Positions 28,066 to 32,000 of a DNA stretch of 32,000 bases are shown here, piece by piece. Made by a program: the position numbers and the translations under genes. A model generated the notes under the pieces. The model was given only the letters and a program-made list of their open reading frames with translations. It had not been told where the DNA came from and did no database searches. The stretch is from Candidatus Iainarchaeum sp. (GTDB lineage: Archaea > Iainarchaeota > Iainarchaeia > Iainarchaeales > CSSED10-239). The stretch covers positions 60,001 through 92,000 of the forward strand of contig JAQVTI010000001.1 of assembly GCA_028700115.1 (NCBI GenBank). The letters run 5' to 3'. Numbering within the stretch: the first letter of the stretch is position 1; every line of letters starts with the position of its first letter.

Positions 28066-28578
28066 TTAATTTTTGTTAAAAAAATTACTTTTATAAATAA
28101 ATAATCCTGCAAATAAAGCAACAAAAATACCTATATAATAAGGCATATCTGGGATAGGTATTTTTTCAGAAGATTTTGCAACAGTAAAATATTTTATAAA
28201 AGTATTATTATTAGAATTACCAGTACCTATTGGATCTGAAATTTCAATATATAATGAATGTGGTTGAGTTGATGAAGATAAACCTATATATATTCCATTA
28301 AAATTATGTGATAATACTTTAGAAGAATTTGAAGGAATATTAATATTAATTTTTTCTGTTTTTAATAAAATTGCTTGAGGAGAATAAAATTTAAATGAAA
28401 CCTCTATATTTTCAGTAATTTTAGAATTATTAGAAATAGTTACATTTACATCAAAATTTTCATCAGATGTAATTGAATTTTTTATATAAACATCATTTAT
28501 CCCATAATCTGAATATGCAAAAGCACTTCCAATAATTAAAATAAAACTAAAAAACAAAAATAAATATTTACTTATCAA
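28066..28578 (-). CDS. Secreted CARDB/Ig-like protein with C-terminal TM (170 aa)
   Basis: Signal peptide FLFFSFILIIGSAFA, beta-rich NDVYIKNSITSDENFDVNVTISNNSKITENIEVSFKFYSP, C-terminal TM YYIGIFVALFAGLFIYK. Confidence 0.6.
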   Translation of the reverse strand: MISKYLFLFFSFILIIGSAFAYSDYGINDVYIKNSITSDENFDVNVTISNNSKITENIEVSFKFYSPQAILLKTEKININIPSNSSKVLSHNFNGIYIGLSSSTQPHSLYIEISDPIGTGNSNNNTFIKYFTVAKSSEKIPIPDMPYYIGIFVALFAGLFIYKSNFFNKN

Positions 28579-28730
28579 AAAATCACCTTATTTTATATAT
28601 TCTAAAATAGATTTTATATAATTATTATAATTATAATAATTAAAAAGCTTTTGTATTTCTAAAAATAAAATAAATAAAATAATTTATATAAAAAAATAAG
28701 ATTTTAAAAAATAAAAAAAATTAAAAGATT

Positions 28731-29198
28731 CTAAAATTTAGAATCATAAACTCCTTCATTTAAATGTTTAATAACATCTTTAATAGAAATACCATCAACA
28801 GTTACACCCATAGTTTTACAAGTTCCTAAAATTTCTTTTGAAGAAGCTTTTAAATCTTTTGAAACTAATTGATTATATTTTGCTTTTGCAATTTTTATAA
28901 TTTGATCAAAACTTAAATTCCCAACAGTTTCAGTTCCACTTTTTTGTGCACCTTTTTTAATATTTAATTCTTTTTTTATTAAAGCACTTGTTTGTGGGGA
29001 ACCAACTTCTATTGTAAATTTTTTTTTATTATCTATAATTATTTTTACAGGAACTTGTATTCCTTCTAAATCTTTTGTAGCTTCATTAATTGCATTTACA
29101 ACATCCATTGCATTTATCCCTAAAGGACCTAAAGCAGGACCTATTGGAGGACCTGCATTTGCTTTTCCAGCATCTACTAAAACTTTTATTGTACCCAT
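28731..29198 (-). CDS. rpl11: 50S ribosomal protein L11 (uL11)
   Basis: VDAGKANAGPPIGPALGPLGINAMDVVNAINEAT... ; the track start at 29207 is a GTG, while ATG at 29198 (MGTIKVLVDAG) is more likely. Confidence 0.95.
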   Translation of the reverse strand: MGTIKVLVDAGKANAGPPIGPALGPLGINAMDVVNAINEATKDLEGIQVPVKIIIDNKKKFTIEVGSPQTSALIKKELNIKKGAQKSGTETVGNLSFDQIIKIAKAKYNQLVSKDLKASSKEILGTCKTMGVTVDGISIKDVIKHLNEGVYDSKF

Positions 29199-29210
29199 AT
29201 TAATCACTTT

Positions 29211-29274
29211 TCATATTTTTTTTAAATCATATTTTTTTTAAATTATATTTTTTTTAAATTATATTTTTTTAAAA
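29211..29274. repeat. Four tandem near-identical 16-nt units, consensus TYATATTTTTTTTAAA, between spt5 and rpl11
   Basis: Direct reading of tcatattttttttaaa / tcatattttttttaaa / ttatattttttttaaa / ttatatttttttaaaa. Confidence 0.6.
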
Positions 29275-29283
29275 ATAATAAAA

Positions 29284-29721
29284 TTACTCTAAAATTTTTA
29301 TATTTTCCGCTTTAATTGTAATTGGAATTTTAACACTTGCATCAAAAAGCTCAATTACAACTTCTTCTTTTGCAAGATTAATTCTAACAACTTTTGCTCT
29401 AGAACCTTTAAATGGACCTAAAATAATTTCAACAGTTTGACCAGGTTTAATCATACTCATTAAAGGTCTAGATTCTAACACCCCTGCAATTTCATTAATA
29501 TTTATATTTCCTTCAACAATTTTCCCACCTTTTATATGTGGAACATTATGAACTAATATTTCTACTGTTTTTTTAGAATCAGCTTCAACTAACAAATATC
29601 CTTTTAAATCAGCCATTTCTACTATAGAATATACTTCTAATTCATTTTGTTTAATTTTATTAAAAAGTAAATCCATAATTACTTTTTCTTGACCAACAGT
29701 AGTTCTTATTGTAAAAATCAT
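29284..29721 (-). CDS. spt5: Transcription elongation factor Spt5 (archaeal NusG)
   Basis: FTIRTTVGQEKVIMDLL NGN domain; KOW MIKPGQTVEIILGPFKGSRAKVVRINLAKEEVVIEL. Confidence 0.95.
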   Translation of the reverse strand: MIFTIRTTVGQEKVIMDLLFNKIKQNELEVYSIVEMADLKGYLLVEADSKKTVEILVHNVPHIKGGKIVEGNININEIAGVLESRPLMSMIKPGQTVEIILGPFKGSRAKVVRINLAKEEVVIELFDASVKIPITIKAENIKILE

Positions 29722-29776
29722 ATAATATCACTCATTTTTTAAACATACAAATATATTTTTATAAAAAATTTAATAT

Positions 29777-29944
29777 TTAGTTAATAAAATTAAAAATTAT
29801 CTTAATTAAAAAACCAATTACTCCTATTAAAATTATTCCAATACCAATTATTTTTGACATTAACCAAAATTCTTTTTTTCCAGGCTTTTGAGAAATATTT
29901 AAAATTCTTTTTGAAGATTGTAAAAATTTACTAACTTTACTCAT
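29777..29944 (-). CDS. secE: Preprotein translocase subunit SecE/Sec61 gamma, 55 aa (not in ORF track)
   Basis: Hand translation: MSKVSKFLQSSKRILNISQKPGKKEFWLMSKIIGIGIILIGVIGFLIKIIFNFIN*; KP...EF...K..GIGI.LIG.IGF pattern; located between spt5 and ftsZ as in many archaea. Confidence 0.92.
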   Translation of the reverse strand: MSKVSKFLQSSKRILNISQKPGKKEFWLMSKIIGIGIILIGVIGFLIKIIFNFIN

Positions 29945-30031
29945 TTTTATCACATATTTTAAAATATTTATTTTTTAATATTTATTTTTTTTAATTTAAT
30001 TAAAATATATTATTTGTCTAAAATAAAAAAA

Positions 30032-31102
30032 TTAAACACTATCTATTCCAAAATCAATATTCCCGTTTTTTAAAGATTCAGAATCTTCTAAATAAGGTAT
30101 ATTTGCTCCAGCAATTACAACCATAACTTTTACAGTTTTTTTAGATAAATTATCATCAATCATTGCACCCCAAATAATATGTGCATCATCAGAAATTTTA
30201 GATGCAACTGTTTCAACAATCATTTCTGCTTCTTTTAATGTTAAATCATTTCCACCTAAAACATTTACAAGTGCTTTTTTAGATGTAGATATATCTATAT
30301 CTAATAATGGAGAAGTAAGTGCATTTTCTACAGCTTCCATAGCTCTAACATCATTACCTTTATCTAAAGAACTTTCCCCAACACCAATCATTGCCATTCC
30401 ACCTTTTGAAAGTATGGTTCTTAGATCTGCAAAGTCTAAATTAATTATTCCAGCTTTTGTTATAAGTTCTATAATTCCTTTAACTGCTTCTGTTAAAATT
30501 TTATCAACTTCTTGAAAAGCTACATTTAAAGGTAAATCTGGTGCAATTTCTAAAATTTTATCATTTGGAATTATTATTAATGTATCTACTTCTTTTTTTA
30601 ATTTTTCAAGACCAGACAATGCATTTTCAATTCTTTTTTTACCTTCAACAGCAAAAGGTAAAGTCCCAACCCCAATTGTTAAAGCACCCACAGCTCTTGC
30701 TTCTCTTGCAATAACAGGTGCAGCTCCAGTACCTGTTCCTCCTCCAAGTCCACAAGTTACAAAAACCATATCTACATTTTTACAAATATTTTGAATATCT
30801 TCTTTTGATTCTTCAGCAGCAGCTTCTCCAACATCAGGATTAGAACCAGCTCCAAGTCCTCTTGTACTTTTTTTCCCAATTAATATTTTTTTATCTGCTT
30901 TTGCTTTAATTAAAGCTTGAGCATCTGTATTTAATGCTATTGTTTGTGCACCTTCAACACCAACAGCATTCATTCTTTCTAAAGTATTATTCCCAGAACC
31001 CCCCACTCCAAAAACAAATATTTTTGGAAGAGATGCCTGTAAAAATTCTTCAAGTTCTTTATCTTCATTTTTGTAATTATTTTTAGAGTCCAAAAATTCC
31101 AC
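30032..31102 (-). CDS. ftsZ: Cell division protein FtsZ
   Basis: [48 protein letters not shown]. Confidence 0.97.
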   Translation of the reverse strand: MEFLDSKNNYKNEDKELEEFLQASLPKIFVFGVGGSGNNTLERMNAVGVEGAQTIALNTDAQALIKAKADKKILIGKKSTRGLGAGSNPDVGEAAAEESKEDIQNICKNVDMVFVTCGLGGGTGTGAAPVIAREARAVGALTIGVGTLPFAVEGKKRIENALSGLEKLKKEVDTLIIIPNDKILEIAPDLPLNVAFQEVDKILTEAVKGIIELITKAGIINLDFADLRTILSKGGMAMIGVGESSLDKGNDVRAMEAVENALTSPLLDIDISTSKKALVNVLGGNDLTLKEAEMIVETVASKISDDAHIIWGAMIDDNLSKKTVKVMVVIAGANIPYLEDSESLKNGNIDFGIDSV

Positions 31103-31231
31103 CTCAAATATAAAAGTTATAAATATAATATATAATAAATATATATAAAAAGAAGTTTATATAAATAAATAAGTTAAGAAACCTTTAAATAGGAATCTAT
31201 TAACCATAAATTTATTAAAAAGGTGTTAAAA

Positions 31232-32000
31232 TGATAGATAAAGATGTTAAAAAAATTGCTTTAGATATAAAATCAATAAAAATACAAGGTGCAAGTAATA
31301 TTGAAAAAGAAGCAATAAAAATTATTTTAAAATATATTAAAAAAAAAGAAAATATAAAAGAAACACAAATAATTGAATTAAAAGAAAATATAAATCTATT
31401 AATTAATCAAAGACCAAATGAACCAAAATTAAGAAATGCATTAAATTATATATTATATAAAGCAAATATGTACAAATATGAGAATAATAATAAAAAATTA
31501 ATAAATGATATAGAAAAATATGAAACAAAAATAGAAGAATATAATATTAAAGTTTGTGAAATTGCATCAAATCTAATACAAGACGGCACACAAATATTAA
31601 CACATTGTCATTCAAGTTTAGTTGAAAAAACTTTAAAAATAGCTTATGACAAAAAAATTGATTTTCAAGTAATAACAACAGAAACAAGACCAAGATATCA
31701 AGGTAGAATTACTGCTAAAAATTTATGTGATTATGGAATAAACACAACCCAAATTGTAGACTCTGCAGTAGGGCATTTTCTTAAAAAATGTGATTATTTT
31801 TTAACAGGTTCAGATGTTATTTTTTCAGATGGGACAATCATGAATAAAGTTGGAACATATCCAATTTCTATTATGGCAAATTATTTCAAAACTCCTCATA
31901 TAATAATAACTACAACAAATTGTTGCGAATTAAATGATTTAAAAAATATAAAAGAAGAAATAGAAGAAAGAGATTCTAATGAAATTTGGAATGAAAAAGA
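31232..32000 (+). CDS. e2b2: Ribose-1,5-bisphosphate isomerase / eIF2B alpha-like family, truncated by window end
   Basis: Hand translation from ATG 31232 (MIDKDVKKIALDIKSIKIQGASNIEKEA...THCHSSLVEKTL...ETRPRYQGRITAKNL...VDSAVGHFLKK...GSDVIFSDGTIMNKVGTYPI...). Absent from the ORF track because there is no stop before 32000; GGTG SD-like element upstream. Confidence 0.82.

Noticed and set aside
1-32000. CRISPR arrays, transposases, integrases, rRNA and tRNA genes
   Set aside because: No regularly spaced repeats with unique spacers, no transposase or integrase motifs, and no GC-rich cloverleaf-like segments found on visual reading. A tRNAscan/Infernal run would be decisive.

Overview
AT-rich (visibly well under 35% GC) archaeal chromosomal segment. 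The archaeal Sec61 beta/gamma, Spt5, uL11, type II Map, Ogg2-type glycosylase and R15P-isomerase/eIF2B-like genes, together with Lys/Asn/Ile-rich proteins, suggest a DPANN (Woesearchaeota/Pacearchaeota-like) lineage; this placement is inference. Layout: (1) 0-2.7 kb, oxidative-stress genes on the minus strand (Ogg2, superoxide reductase, rubrerythrin) with a PIN/RHH toxin-antitoxin-like pair between them. (2) 2.75-5.75 kb, a coiled-coil protein, a membrane-anchored surface protein and a methyltransferase on the plus strand. (3) 5.75-13.0 kb, a compact eight-gene minus-strand cell-surface glycopolymer operon. It encodes a flippase, a WecG/TagA-type transferase, a GT4, a methyltransferase, another glycosyltransferase, a TagB/TagF-type polymerase, a TagD-type cytidylyltransferase and a frameshifted sulfotransferase, and so looks like wall teichoic acid machinery in an archaeon. 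(4) 13.0-15.9 kb, membrane glycosyltransferase, GT2 and GtrA genes plus an unannotated 47-aa membrane ORF. (5) 15.9-16.45 kb, a PIN-domain gene split by an in-frame TAG. (6) 16.7-24.65 kb, a winged-helix-like protein followed by a divergent pilus/secretion-like locus: DUF2341-like giant surface protein, GATase-like membrane protein, two small pilin-like proteins, a coiled-coil protein and a VirB11/FlaI-like ATPase, with no adjacent recognisable platform protein. (7) 24.7-32 kb, membrane proteins, map, rpl11, spt5, secE, ftsZ and a truncated R15P-isomerase-like gene. Two conserved small genes missing from the ORF track (Sec61 beta at 20144-20308 minus, SecE/Sec61 gamma at 29777-29944 minus) were recovered by hand translation. 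The best leads are the archaeal TagA/TagF/TagD-like operon and the pilus-like locus. No CRISPR, rRNA or tRNA was seen.
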